In this document: piece after piece, positions 39,401 through 52,329 of the stretch
How positions within the stretch are numbered: position 1 is the stretch's first letter
Layout of the letters: each line of letters begins with the position of its first letter
Assembly: GCF_009834535.1 (NCBI RefSeq)
Contig: NC_045697.1
Location: 59,894,001 to 59,958,000 of the forward strand
Source of the DNA: Camelus ferus
Lineage: Eukaryota
DNA length: 64,000 nt
Reading direction: 5' to 3'
The notes under the pieces: generated by a model
Seen by the model: only the letters and a program-made list of their open reading frames with translations
What the model was told of the DNA's origin: nothing
Database searches by the model: none
Position numbers and translations under genes: made by a program

Positions 39401-40272
39401 CACAATTTTTTAAAAACAGAAATGTAAAAAAATCTGCTGTGAAAGGATTGATTCTCTAAATAGAATACATCAGCCAGCATTTTCCTAGAACAACACTACT
39501 GTAAAATAACAACAACAATAATAATACATTCACTGAGAACGTACTATCTTTATTTTACCTACATATAAAAAGTAAACTGTAATTCCTATTATGTATTGCA
39601 TATAAAGTAATACATTGGACAGATAATATAATGGTACATTCATCTCATCTCAGTTTATTCTCTAAGCAGAGACTGATTTTCCCATCAAGAAAACACTGTC
39701 TTTTCTTATTGTAAACAATGGCAGAACATGCTATTCACACAAGCAGAATGCAGCCACCAGAAAGAACAAAGGCATTTCAGGATATAAAAAATGAAGAATC
39801 GCATTGTCAATTGGCCATTTGCATTATCCAATAAACAGGTGGCAGTTTGAAGAGCATAACCATGGAAAACAAAATCATTCATAGAAATAAACTGATGGTA
39901 CTCTGATACTTAGAGACACGTCTTTAAGCAGCCCTGTGCAAAGACCATGACTAGCGATAAGTGCTGGAAGTAAAAGCGCACGCGACATGCACAGAGAAGT
40001 ATCCCCAGGAGAAAATCCAGGCAAAAATGTTTCTTAAAATGCACTAAGTAGGGGGTTTATTGTCTTCTTTATTGGGGAGATACTGAAGACCTACACAAGA
40101 GCACACTGTATCCTTTCATCCTTTTTGAAGTCTGTGATTGTGCTTATGTTGACTGTTTATGATTTTACTTTTATAACTCTGATGACTCTGATACTGATTT
40201 ACTTGTCAAATGTACAGTGTATTATTCTTGAAACAATTTTTGCCAACCCTATGTATTTTTCTCTTTGTTTTC

Positions 40273-40297
40273 TATATATATATATAGAAATATATAC

Positions 40298-40330
<33 letters not shown>
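40273..40330. repeat. Imperfect (TA)n microsatellite at L1 tail
   Basis: Seen directly; occupies the poly(A) position of the adjacent L1. Confidence 0.9.
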
Positions 40331-41428
40331 GAAGTATAGTCAGTTTAAAATGTTATATCAGTTTCTGGTGTACAGCATAATGCTTCAGTCATACATGAAC
40401 ATATATATATATATATTCACTTTCATATTCTTTTCACCATAAGTTAGTACAAGATATTGAATATAGTTTCCTATGCTATACAGTATGAACTTGTTTATCT
40501 ATTTTATATATACGAATTAGCATCTGCAAATCTCAGACTCCCAATTTATGCCATCTCACCCTGTTTTCCTGTTGGTAACAGTAAGTTTTTTCTATGTCTG
40601 TGAGTCTATTTCTATTTTGTAAATAAGTTCAATTGCCTTTTTTCCCTTGATTCCACATATAAGTGATATCATATGGTATTTTTCTTTTTCTTTCTAGCTT
40701 ACTTAACTTAAAATGACAATCTTCAGGTCTATCCATGTTGCTGCAAATTGCATTACTTTATTATATTTTTATGATTGAAAAGTATTCCATTGTATAAATA
40801 TAATACAGCTTCTTTATCCAGTCATCTGTTGATGGACATTTAGGTTGTTTCCATGCCTTGGCTACTGTAGTGCTGCTCTAACAATGAGGTGCATGTATCT
40901 TTTAGAATTAAGGTTCCCTTTGGATATATGCCCAGGTATGGGATTGCTGGATCATATGGTAAGTCTATTTTTTGTCTTTTGAGGAATCTCTGTACTGTTT
41001 TCCATAATGGCTGCACTAGACTACCTTCCTGACAACAGTGTAGGAGGGTCCCCTTTTCTCCACACCCTCTCCAGCATTTATTATTTGTGGGTTTTTAAAT
41101 TATGGCTATTCTGACTGGTGTAAGTTGATACCTCATTGTAGTTTTGATATGCATTTCTCTGATACTTAATGATACTGAGCATTTTTTTCATGTGCCTATT
41201 GGTCATTTGTATGTCTTTATTGGAGAATGGCTTATTTAGGCCTTCTACCCATTTTTGGATTGGGTTGTTTGGTTTTTTTTTTATTATTAAATTGTATGAG
41301 CTATTTGTATATTCTAGAAATTAAGCCCTTGTCAGTCTCATCTTTTGCAAATATTTTCTCCCATTTGTAGGTTGTCTTTTTGTTTTGCTGTGGTTTCCTT
41401 TGCTGTGCAAAAGCTTATAAGCTTAATT
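40331..41428 (-). mobile_element. Relatively young 5'-truncated L1 (~1.1 kb; 3' UTR plus ORF2 end)
   Basis: gaagtatagtcagttta...tccagtcatctgttgatggacatttaggttgtttcc...tttcctttgctgtgcaaaagctt. Confidence 0.93.
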
Positions 41429-42039
41429 TAAAATCTTAGTATATTTCTGTTTTCACAAGACATTTGTTTAATGCATCTAAATTCATCTCATCACATGGAA
41501 ATAACTATTGTTTTTGTATTTCATTTTCCACATTTGCCTTAAATTCTCTATCATTTATATACTTTTGTATCTATTTCTGTGCAGCTAGAGTTCTTCTTAA
41601 TGGTTTTCCATATCAAGAAGTTCAATTTTCTTATTCTGGTCAAATATAAAGTATTTATTAAAATGGAGCAGAATTTATCCCTTCCCCCTAAAATATGTCT
41701 CTTTGGCATAGGATTATTTTAGTCTGATTATTTTTAAGAAACAGTAGATACAGGAGAAGCCCTTAAAATCCAGTAGGAGTTACCCTTTTGTAAGAGACAT
41801 TTACATTTAGAAGGGAAATCTCCACTTATAAAGGTGTCTTCCTTGCTATAAATAGGGAGGGTAGAATCTCTTATCAACAGAGAAGTCAGAGACTTAAATC
41901 TGCATAGCAACCATACCTTAGTTTACTGTGCTTTGCTTAAAAAACCTCTCAAAATTCTCCTGCCCATGCACACCTGAAATGTCTTCTTTTGTCTTTAGCT
42001 GGAGAGGTTATTCAGGGGTGTCTTGGGCCATTTCTGGGG

Positions 42040-42695
42040 TATTACCAAACCAAACTTGGGTTGACTCGCCCATCATGCAGCAAAGCCAATCTACTGGCCA
42101 CGGGTTATGGTGAAGGAAAGTACAGTATTTAATGCAGGGCTCCAAGCAAGGAGAATGGGCAGATCATGTTTAAAAGACCCAAACTCCTGATGGCTTTCAA
42201 AGGAAGAGTTTTTAAAGGCAACATTAGTGTGAGTTTGCAGGTGTATAATCAGCTTATGGACTATCTTCTGGTTGGTTGATGATGAGTTAACAGGGTGATG
42301 TTTTGGGAATCTTATTCATCAGCCCTCTGGTTCCAACCAGTCTTGAGTCTGTTGCTTGTGGTCAGGATGTAGTCACCATCCTCCACCTGGGTGGAGGTCC
42401 TAGTCTCTGTTGCATAACTCAAAGATTTGCATCTGATTGCTATGTATATCCCTTGAGGGGAAACTAGGACTCTTTTATCATTGAATAATTATTTATGCTA
42501 TCATTACTTTTCTTGACTGACTGCTTTTCCTTTGTTTCTGCATTCCTTCACTTCTCTACATTTTTGTGCCTACTCTATGGAACTCAGGGAAGGCCTAGGA
42601 GACTAAAAGCTTTTTTTCCCCTACAAACAAGAAACAGGGAATATGGAGGGGCTTTTTGTACCTGAGAAGGTCCTGCAGGATCCTACTTGGTTTCT
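42040..42695 (-). mobile_element. Nested ERV1 solo LTR (insertion 1)
   Basis: tattaccaaaccaaacttggg...gatcctacttggtttct; 4-bp TSD gggg / ggag; host LTR is contiguous across it. Confidence 0.82.
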
Positions 42696-42741
42696 GGAGT
42701 TACTATTTTCCTGAGTATCCCCCATATATACAGAAGGTATA

Positions 42742-43228
42742 TGTTGACTGAAATAAATGCATAGCCTAAAAGTTGGGAGTTATGTTTTATTTGGTGAATG
42801 TTTCTGAGGATTCGAACCCCTTTGAGCCTGGAATGATAGCCTCTCAAATCGCTCTGAGGGACTGCTCCAAAGAGATAGGGGAAGAGCCAAGATATATAGG
42901 AGTTTTCCAACAAAAACCAGATAGTTGGAACATTAGAAGTTTACTTGTTAGCTGAATAAAACCAGACATCTCAAGTTAAAGAGTTTAGTGCTTTTTTACA
43001 TATGGGAAGGAGCAGACATTTGGGCTCATTGAAATCATTCCTTTGACAAGCACCTAGCTATCTAGGGCCAGTATCCTGTCCTTTCTTATTCAGAATGCAC
43101 TATTGTGAGTGGCTGCAGGGGGTGGGCTGCAGGCTTGTCTTCACTGGGGAGTGGCAGCAGAGGCTGATGACTTGATGGTTTTAGTATTCTTTGTTTACTG
43201 ATATGGCTTGCAATATTGTTCATTCAAA
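42742..43228 (-). mobile_element. Nested ERV1 solo LTR, MER41-like (insertion 2)
   Basis: tgttgactgaaataaatgc...ttttatttgg...gctctgagggactgctccaaagag...cattcaaa; perfect 4-bp TSD tata (42738-42741 / 43229-43232). Confidence 0.87.
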
Positions 43229-43427
43229 TATACATATTATTAAACTTCTGTTTGTTTTTCTCCTATTAATCTGTCTTTATTACAGGGAGGTCTAGATCAA
43301 GAATCTAAAAGTGTAGAGAAAAATTATTTTTTCCTTCCCTACAGTGTTTTACTATGCAGGATTTGTTTGGTATCAGTCTTGTTTCTAGAAAACTTACATT
43401 GTTTAACTTTTAAATATCTTAATCTTA

Positions 43428-44453
43428 TGTTAAAAAGCAAAATTCAACCAACAAATTTGAAGATCTAATTGGTTTTATTCGACTATTCATGAAGCTGGCA
43501 GCATCCCATCTAGGGGCTGGAAGGGTGTTCCAAGGGGGAAGGTGAGGCAAAAGTGCTATTTTTGCCAAAAGATCAGCCTGTCCCTGAGGAGCCAAATAAC
43601 TCAGAGACAGGGTCTTGGAGCTTAGATGAAAAGAGGCAGCTTTATTGCTTTGCCGGGCAAAGGGGAGTCACAGCAGGCTAATGCCTTCAAAACTGTGAAT
43701 CCATCTTGGGGATGGGGCAGGGTGACTGTATAGCCATATCTTAAACAATAAAGCATCGATAACAATCAACAATCAAGAATTATTTTCTTCTCATAAGACT
43801 TGAGTGGCATCTTGGTGTTTCCAGGTGACCAAGTCTATAGAGGCTAGTGGTTGTTGCTCTTTCGATCTCTTTATCTTTAAGCGCCCAAGGCATGGCCTTC
43901 TTGGTAATTCAGGCTATTTTGTAAGGTTACAGTCCTGTGACCTTCTCCCTGGAGATCAACTCAGAGACCAAGCATGATTATAACTTTTGATAATGGGAAT
44001 AAACTAGAAATAGTAAGATTAATAGCTTTAGTTTTAACAATGGGCCTGGAGCTGTGACTAGTAACTGGCCAGTCAGGTTTGTTGACTGTTTTAAGAACAA
44101 GCTTAAGAAAAAGCAATCTGTTAGCCTAAGTGCAGCCATTTTATTTTTTCTCCTCAACTGTTAGTGAAAGAAAAGAAAGGATTATTTTTAGGCCAGGAAA
44201 TGTTTTTTGAAGAGAAGGGAATGGCATGGTTTTATCATGCAGATTGGCTTTTCTTCCTCTAAGCAATGGAGAGGGCCTGAGTGACAGATTACTTCATTAG
44301 TACTGACCAGAAAAGTCCAGACTGGCTGATTAAGATTATATTTCTGAGGAAAGTAGAAACTGCAATTAAGTCAGGGATTAAGTCTCGGTTTGGTATCATG
44401 GCCACCAGTGGCACAAGTGAGGCCATTTGGGGCCTGGGGTTTTCTCTTTAACA
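43428..44453 (-). mobile_element. ERV1 solo LTR, interrupted by a further LTR
   Basis: Termini tgttaaaaagc... / ...ctctttaaca; reversed polyA signal tttatt near 43474; TSD ctta / cttt. Confidence 0.8.
43560..44157 (-). mobile_element. Nested ERV1 solo LTR (insertion 3)
   Basis: ttttgccaaaagatcagcc...gctttattgctttgccgggcaaagggg...; TSD ctat / ctgt; host resumes tagtgaaagaaaagaaagg. Confidence 0.75.
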
Positions 44454-47400
44454 CTTTTATTTGTACTTCTTGTTGCTTTATTTCCTTTATCCACATGTTA
44501 ATGTTACTTATTGATTCATTATAATGCTGAATTTTATCAAATATTGTAAAAAAACTTCAAATATCAAAAATTGAACATACATATCTATATATGATATTTA
44601 TTTTATACTCAATATCATTTTGTATAATCTTGCCATTTAATATTATTATGAAATAAAAGTATTTTGGTTTATGTAATTCTCACAAGTAAAAAATGTTGGC
44701 TCTTTTGAAAAATTAATAATTTTAGAAATTTATATATTAGAAGCTTGAGAGAATTTTTTTCATTTTTATTTTCCTCAGATATATTTGTACTGAACTTGAA
44801 TCAGAACATTTATTCCTCAATTACATATTTCTAAGTAAATTTTCTTTCACTCTGTGTTCATGGTTATATATAGTTATCATTTTTTTCCTTGAAACAAGTT
44901 TATTTCTTGAAACCTTTTCTCAAAAAGCAGTCCTCCTAATCCCCAAATAAACCTTATAGCTCTCCTCTATACTCTCTTAAGAATTTGAGTCACTGTTCTT
45001 CATTAGGGTTAAAGTCTAAAACTGGAGCTATTTCAAAGCTGATCTTATGAGGGCTTTGACCAATGGCAATACTATCTCCCTTGATTTATTTCTGATTATT
45101 ATGCTTATGTAACTTAGAAATTTGCAAAGTGTTCATATTGTTGACTTGCAAAAAGAGCTCTATGTTCTTTCCCCACCCCATCTCCAAAAACATTTTCATC
45201 TTTTCAAAATACAAATTAAGCATTTAAAAATATGTTAATGAGGAATGAAGGCAAGTGTCATCAGTCCTTATTCACAACATTTAGGTATGAAAATGGAGTT
45301 TTCTATTAGTAGAGCTAACTATCAAACTTTACTAAAGATGATGTGGAAAACTATCAATTGAATAATATCCTTAACATCTCTAACAAACTTGTTAGATTTG
45401 AAAACAAATTAAAAAGTCTATTAGTGGTTAAATTGACATGAAATTAGAATGATGTAGAATGGAGATAGGAAGATAAATTGGAAAATTATTAAAATTTTTA
45501 GAAATATGAAATAAAGAAATTAAGCCAAGTAATATGTTAGCATTTATGTCATATGTTGTTCTTTTTGATAGTCTTCAGTTCTCAGAATTTCCTTAAGTTT
45601 ACTAATGTATTTTCCTCTCCATTATTTCCCATCATCTGCAACCATAGTTGCATCTGCAACCATCTGCAACCAAAATTTGCCTGTTGAAAGTTTTGACAAA
45701 TTGCCACAGGCATAACTTCTTTTGATTTTAGTACCACTTCAAGCAATCATCTAAACTGGAAACTATTTATCTTTTTGTTGAAAAAAGGCAGTTAGAAAAT
45801 AGTGAATACACCACTCACAAAATTTTTTTTTCTCAGATCTCTCAATTTCTCTCACTTCTAATTTATTGAAGTAGAAAATAAATTAATTTCCAAAAATTTC
45901 ACCAATTTCCAAAATTTTCTCAGGAATGTGGAATAATTTCAGTAGCCATCTCTATGGTAGAAAGGGAAAAGGGAAGGAATTAACATACTCACATACTCAC
46001 TTTATTTTATTTCCCCTGCTGATCCAACTTAAGTAAATACTTCCTCCTTCCCTGTAATGTATGTGTCTTATTATTTGTTAATTTATTTATTTTTCTACTT
46101 ATATCTTTCTTATATAAAAACATAAAGAACATCATTTTTATAAGAAATATTAACTCATGTGCAACTTCTTAAGCTTTGGACCAGTTACTTCAAAGAAAGT
46201 TAGGTCAGCAATGAAGAACAGCAACCACTGAGGAAAAGGAAGACTAAATTCCCAGGGCTATCTGCTCTAGTTATATGGACATATCCATGAAATATCCAGT
46301 TAGGATAAGCTTATATTTCATTATAGACTATGGAAAGGAGTAAGGATGAATTTGGGCACCAAGAAAACTAGCCTTAGTCAAAATGTGTGGTGTTATTTTA
46401 CAATTTAGAATTCTTCTGTATGAGAGTACTCTTAAATAATCTACCTTTGTTCTTTGTAGGTGAAGGCCATCACCTACCTTTGTCTGATTACCTAAATTCT
46501 CTGCTATCCTAAAGTATTTTCTTTCTAAACTATCTCTCCACTTTCCAAAATGATGACTTTCTTCCTCCTTAAAAAAATAATAGATGTTCAAAATAATGCA
46601 CTTAAATTACTACAGCTTCACTTAACCTGTGTGGTCATTCAGGTGTTTGTCTTTTCCTTTCTTTCATGGTATGTAAGTAAATCTATAAGGCCAATTGTCT
46701 CCTATTTTGCTCTCTGGATTGTTTATCTCTCATTTCCTCAAAAATCTCACTACAATAATTAAAGACTCTTCCTCCCATGTTTAAAAATGTTATAAACAAC
46801 TATAGCATATACTGTGCCAAAAATTTCCTCTGTTCAAATTGGAAGAAATACCTTATCATGGAACAAAAAAACATTACACATATAATCTTTTATCTTCCAA
46901 TACTCATTGTGATGGAGAAACAAATGAATAACTATGAAAAAATTTCCTTTTTCATTTATCTGTTTCTCTCCTAACTGGTTTAGAAAGTCTAGCATATTTT
47001 CTGATTTTATGTAATTCTTTTCTTCTAATATCTAAAGGACTAATGAGAATGGCAGAACTACACGAAGGGGAAAAAATCACCATTCTCCACTGATTTTTTT
47101 AGGAAAGGAGATAGATTCACTATAAATCAAAAGAGAGCTCTCTGTTGACAACTTACAGTATTCTGACCAATGCTTCAGAAATTTACAGTCAATGAATTTC
47201 AAAATTCCTCTTCAACTTTTGAGCCTGTAGATTTTAAAGTATAGTTCTTCTGATTTCAAAGCCCCTTAATGTTCCCCACACCATATTTCCTATAAGATAT
47301 TGATATAGAGAAGAATTAGTCAGATTTCACAGCAGTGAAATTTGCTGTTTATGTCGCAAGTAGGAAAAATTCACGACTCAAATGAGGAATTAAGCAAGAT

Positions 47401-47789
47401 GAAATCTGAGAAAGTAGGACCAGATAATCATTAAACACAATCACACATTAGACCTCATTTTTATCACCTATGCGTTGGAGAAAGTCATCAAGAGGATGTG
47501 ACGACCAGTTAAGTCAGTCCTGGGCAATTGGAGGTAACTTATGCTCTCCCCTGTCCTTGGAATGCATGTTCCACCCACTGTTCCCACACCAAGAGCCTCT
47601 TTAAGGATGCAGCCTTGAGAGAGTACTGTGTTATTGAGATTATCAGGACAGTACACATGATTGAATCCCATTAAGACTTCTACATAAACTCAAGATTCTG
47701 GAGGGTGGGCACAGAAGTCTACTGATCTTGCAGTTACAAAGATAAGCCTCATGTGGAAGTTCTCTTGCTTATTAAAACTGCATCCAAGA

Positions 47790-48170
47790 AGGAAATCCCA
47801 GGTAGGCCGCTGACCTGTAAGTGTGGAGGGGTGGCCCATAGGTTAGATGCTTGTAGACCACCACAAGAGTACAGGGTCAAACACTGTTTGGTTTAATGCA
47901 TTTGTTTGAGAAACTGCACATAGCACACTGCAGCAAAGAAGGGAAATGAATGGCTGTGCAGCAGCCTGGCCTCTACTGTGGGCAATTCTGCTGGCCACCA
48001 ATGCCCAGACAGAGGCTGAAGCTCCAGTTAGGATGTGGGAAGAAGAACTTAGGTTAGAGAAGGACATGCAGTTGTCCACTACTGTACTAGCTTCAGGACT
48101 GGCAGACAAGGTTGGGGAGCAGGATAATTAAGTTGGAGACCATCGCGTACCATTTTGCAAAGCAGGGGGG
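47790..48170 (+). pseudogene. ERV-L-like gag N-terminal remnant
   Basis: ORF 47946-48131: AAAWPLLWAIL...EEELRLEKDMQ (helical/coiled-coil segment as in ERVL gag); position directly after the 5' LTR. Confidence 0.6.
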
Positions 48171-48193
48171 TGGGTGTGGTGCACAAGCTGTCA

Positions 48194-49660
48194 GAGATTC
48201 AAGGCTCAGGCACTGCTGTCAAGTTTTGGGAAGTGGTATGATCCCAACTCTGAAAAACTGCTAAAACCCAATATATCTCCACAGAGCAGCAGCTCCTAGC
48301 AATGTATGCAGTACTCCTACAGGTAGATCCTCTCACAAAGTAATGGCATGTCATAATAAGAACCTTCCTTCCTATCGAAGGTTAAATTGAGAGTATGTTC
48401 CACCCACCTCTGCCACGGCTCACACTCCCACTTTGACTAAATGGCAGCCTATTTGCAGCAGGGGAGCACCCTGTCCTGCAGCCTGCTGTCTCTAGAATGC
48501 AGGCTCGGCTAGACCCTGCAGAAAACAGAGATCCTATAAATGCCCCCACTCATATTCCTATGGTGACCCCCACAGCCTGTGGAGAGGGAATGGGGGAAAT
48601 TCTCACTGGTACCTGGTACACAGATGGGTCTGGTCAGGGAAACCACTCAAGTGGATGGCCATTACTATTCAGCCCAACATTGATACCATCTGGGATGGAG
48701 ATAGGAATGAACCACAGTAGGTAGTGGCTGAACTCAATGGTTTGACTGGTCATCCATCACTCATGAGCCCTGGCCATTAACCTTTTACATGGACAGTTGG
48801 GTGATTCTAAGGTGAGCGTAGATGATCATAAAGTGGGCCCTTGTGGGGTCAGTATATGTGAAAAGGCATTTGGGTTCATCTCTAAAAGCCTCAGTAATCC
48901 TCACTGTTTACCATGTCTCAGCTTTTAAGGCTCTGACTCTCCCTTGCAATCAGGAAGCTGACATTCTAGCCCATATACAAGCTCTAGCAACTAACCCTTT
49001 AGAAGACACAGCAGGTTGGATGCATAGGAAGAACAGCTACTGTAGTTCTTGGTGAGATGGGATATTGCCAAGGATGCTGTATTGCCCCTGAAATACAGTG
49101 ACTTAGTTAATGCAGTAACAGCGTGTCCCATGTGTTTTACATAACACCCGAGACACTGCCAAAAGAGTCTGGTGCCATCCACTGGAGTTCCCAACTGTTG
49201 AGGGATAGGCAAATTGATTATATCGGCTCCCTCCTTGCAAGTGAGTATTCTAAGAATGTCTCATTTTGTGTGGACGCTTGGGCATCATTTCTGGCATAAC
49301 CCAAGCTTTTCCTTATTGCCACACAAAATAGGCTGCCACCATTAGGGGACTGAAGAAGCTGAAGGTCACGTACAGATACCCTTGTTGAATAGACAGTGGG
49401 TCACATTTCAAATGTAATGCTATGCAAGACTGAGTGATTGAACATGACATTGAATGGAGGTTCCAGCTTTCCTATAGAATTATATAGGTTGTAATCTGTA
49501 AGCAGCAGTGTTGGTAGAAGGAAAAATGGAATGTTAAACCAGCAGATTAAATTACCAACAAGTAAAATCACCTTGGCTGGGTGGACTAATACACTATCCC
49601 AGGCTTTAATACATTTAAATACTTTAATGATCAACCAGTAGGGCTTGATGCCCCATATAC
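48194..49660 (+). pseudogene. Disrupted pol remnant: RT stub, tether, RNase H, integrase
   Basis: IQGSGTAVKF (RT end); SQL*KTAKTQYISTEQQLLAMYAVL (tether); WYTDGS at 48614-48631 and VYHVSA...NQEADILA (RNase H); AVTACPMC, QIDYIG at 49210-49227 and DIEWRFQL (integrase). Multiple stops and frameshifts. Confidence 0.88.
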
Positions 49661-52329
49661 CAGATTGGGAACTCCTGCTGAGACAATCAACACTCTAAAG
49701 GTATAGAAGTCAGGAGAGATAGTCTTTGTCCTGACTCTCACTGTGGATCAAAGTGCTATTTTGCTGAGAACACCAAGCCCATCATGCCTTGGAAAGGCAT
49801 CTACTGGAATTTGCAATGGGATGTCCCACCAGAATGAGTTACTTTGTACCCTTGGGTAAGGGAGAACTACTCAGTCTCCACTGCTGCAAGCTGGGCCTCT
49901 TGAAATGCACTCTACCTGGAATGGAACCTGTGCCATTGAAAGCAGGGAGGATGTGGGAGTCCTGGTCTGGCATATTTTACTCCTAGTCTGTCTCCTCAAG
50001 CCTATCAGTGAGCCTCCCCCAGTGGCTAACATGTACAGTGCCCAAACCAGGTCAAATTTCTAAAACTGCAGTCCCATTAACACCTAAGGATCAGGCCACA
50101 AGTGTAGCCAGACAGCTGACAAATGAACCACCTCAATCATAATGAAACCCCTTGCTGAATTCTCAGGGCACATTTTCGAAGAAGGGGACATATAAGATTG
50201 TAAGAACCAGCCATGAGGGGTGAAGTTCTGAAGGTCATCATAAGAACACGACCAGCAGTTAACCTGTGAGCTGGACCTGGGCAACAAGAGGTTCTTCACC
50301 ACATCCCCAGTTCTTGGAATGTATATTCCACTCATTGTTCCTGCCCTAGGAGCCACTTCAAAGTTGCAGCCTTGAAAAAGCAATATGTTATTGAAACCAT
50401 CTGTACTATAAGTGTGACTGAACTCAGTTAAGTAAACTCTTAAGATTTATCCGGCAGGTGCGGAGATCTAGTTGTCTTGAGGCTGCCCAAGACAAGCTTC
50501 CTATGAAAGTTTCCTTCCTCATTAAACTTCCACCTACCGATCTGGAGGGGTCTGCCTCTTTCCTCTGTTTCTCTTTGCCTGCCCTCTGTGTATGGGTCAG
50601 TTTCAGATTTCACAACGTAAACTCTCCAGGCAGCAAATCAATACTATGTAATATGCGTTTTCACTGGGGACAAGAGTAAAATATATTTTGTTATCCTGAG
50701 AAATTGTCCTCTAATATTTTAAAAGGTACTCTGAGAGCAAATGGTAAAATCCCAGGGAAGTGAGTTGACTGTAAAATTTATGCCATGCATTTTTTTAATA
50801 GTATTTTTTCTACCTAGTTTTTTTTATAGTAAGTATTCCTCTTATTTCTCTCGCTGAATGACTAGGAGTACTCATTAGAATTTTTTTCTCTTGATGAAAT
50901 TTCAGATTGTAAATCTAACAATTAAGAAATACTTCATTCATTGATTGAATTAATACAACAAAAGAATCCAACATAGGAAATTCCTTGTCAGTACTGCTTC
51001 TAGTAACATCTTTGAAATCTTTTTCTATCTCATTAGAAGCACATTATTTCCTATGGACTCCCCTTTTTATTACCTTACAGTGATTTTTCCATCAAGAGTA
51101 ATAAGGAATAATATGGAATGCCATTATCAATTATTAGACACTTAATTACTAAGTTGACAAAGTTGGAAACTACCATTATATTTTTAAAATGAGAAGTCTG
51201 GTCTAATTATTGTGGAGTTCACTATTTCAAATGAAATATGCTTTTTATATATTAGCTAGAGGATATTTTCATTTAAAAAATTGTAATGTGGATTTTTACA
51301 TTTTTCATTCCTACTATTATTATTTAAAATTCTTGAAAATTTTACTGAAATTTACTGCTGTAGGAAACATTAAGGATATTCAGACTCTGGACGACAATTA
51401 TTTTGACCAATAAATTCACCATAAATTAAAAGAGTGCTAATGAAATACATAAATTTTCCTATTAGGAAAAAACAATAACAAGGCTGAGTGGGTGATAATG
51501 ATTTTTAATGATGCTATCTGGAAGAGTTATGAGAGCTGAGGGCTAAATTCCTCATATGTTATTTGTAAATACTCTACAGTTTTATTCACTATAAGCAAAT
51601 ATAATTTGTCAATCTACTGCTCAAATATGCATTTTATTTTGTCTCTATCTTGTATCAAGAACATAAAATAGTTTTAGGTTTAACATATGGAAAACCCTTG
51701 ATAAAGGATTCTAGTGGTTATATTTAAGAGTGTAATTGATATAGTCTTCTGAGGCAGAAGGCATTATTCTGTTTAACATTTCTGACCTGAATATAATAAA
51801 GTAGAAAGAGAAATAAAGATTATTTAGTTTAACCAACTTATTTCACAGATAAGAAAGCTGTAAGCTGAGACTTACAGAGGCTAGTTTATCTGAAAAAAGT
51901 TATAAAGCTAGCTATTGGCAAAATTACAGCCAAAACTGAAGTTTTCTGACTCCTAGTCTACTATTCTGTTCACTATTTCATGGGCCTGCGTGTATAATAA
52001 AAACATAATATTAATTTTTTAAAATCTGCTAATAAGACATTTTCTTTTAAGCTTATATTAAGATAATAGTTTATATGAGTTTATAGTTTATAGTATATAA
52101 ATAGTTTATTTATATAATGTTATAGATTTGTAAATTACCGCATACAGGGAGTACAATCAGATACTTGCCATTCTCAAGTAAATTTCCTGGTTAATGTTAA
52201 GTGAGTACTTGAAAAATCAATAAAAGTGAAATGAAAAAGAGTGAAAATGTATGTTCTCTGATTCTTGTAAAAGAAACCAAATACCCCTTCAGAATTTATT
52301 GAGGACATAATATGAAGCAAGAACTGTAC

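Larger units (their letters stand above)
41655..43343 (+). mobile_element. MER34-like ERV1 solo LTR, split into three pieces by two nested LTRs
   Basis: Start aaaatatgtctctttggcataggattattt; middle piece 42696-42741; end ttaatctgtctt...aaattattttttccttccctaca. Confidence 0.85.
47470..50640 (+). mobile_element. Degenerate, internally deleted class III (ERV-L-like) provirus with both LTRs
   Basis: Homologous LTRs ~47470-47785 and ~50226-50640; purine tract gaggggtgaag before the 3' LTR; gag, RT stub, tether, RNase H and integrase remnants in the expected order. Confidence 0.9.

Noticed and set aside
48497..49212. Domesticated retroviral RNase H/integrase gene
   Set aside because: Numerous stops and frameshifts; no long ORF preserved.
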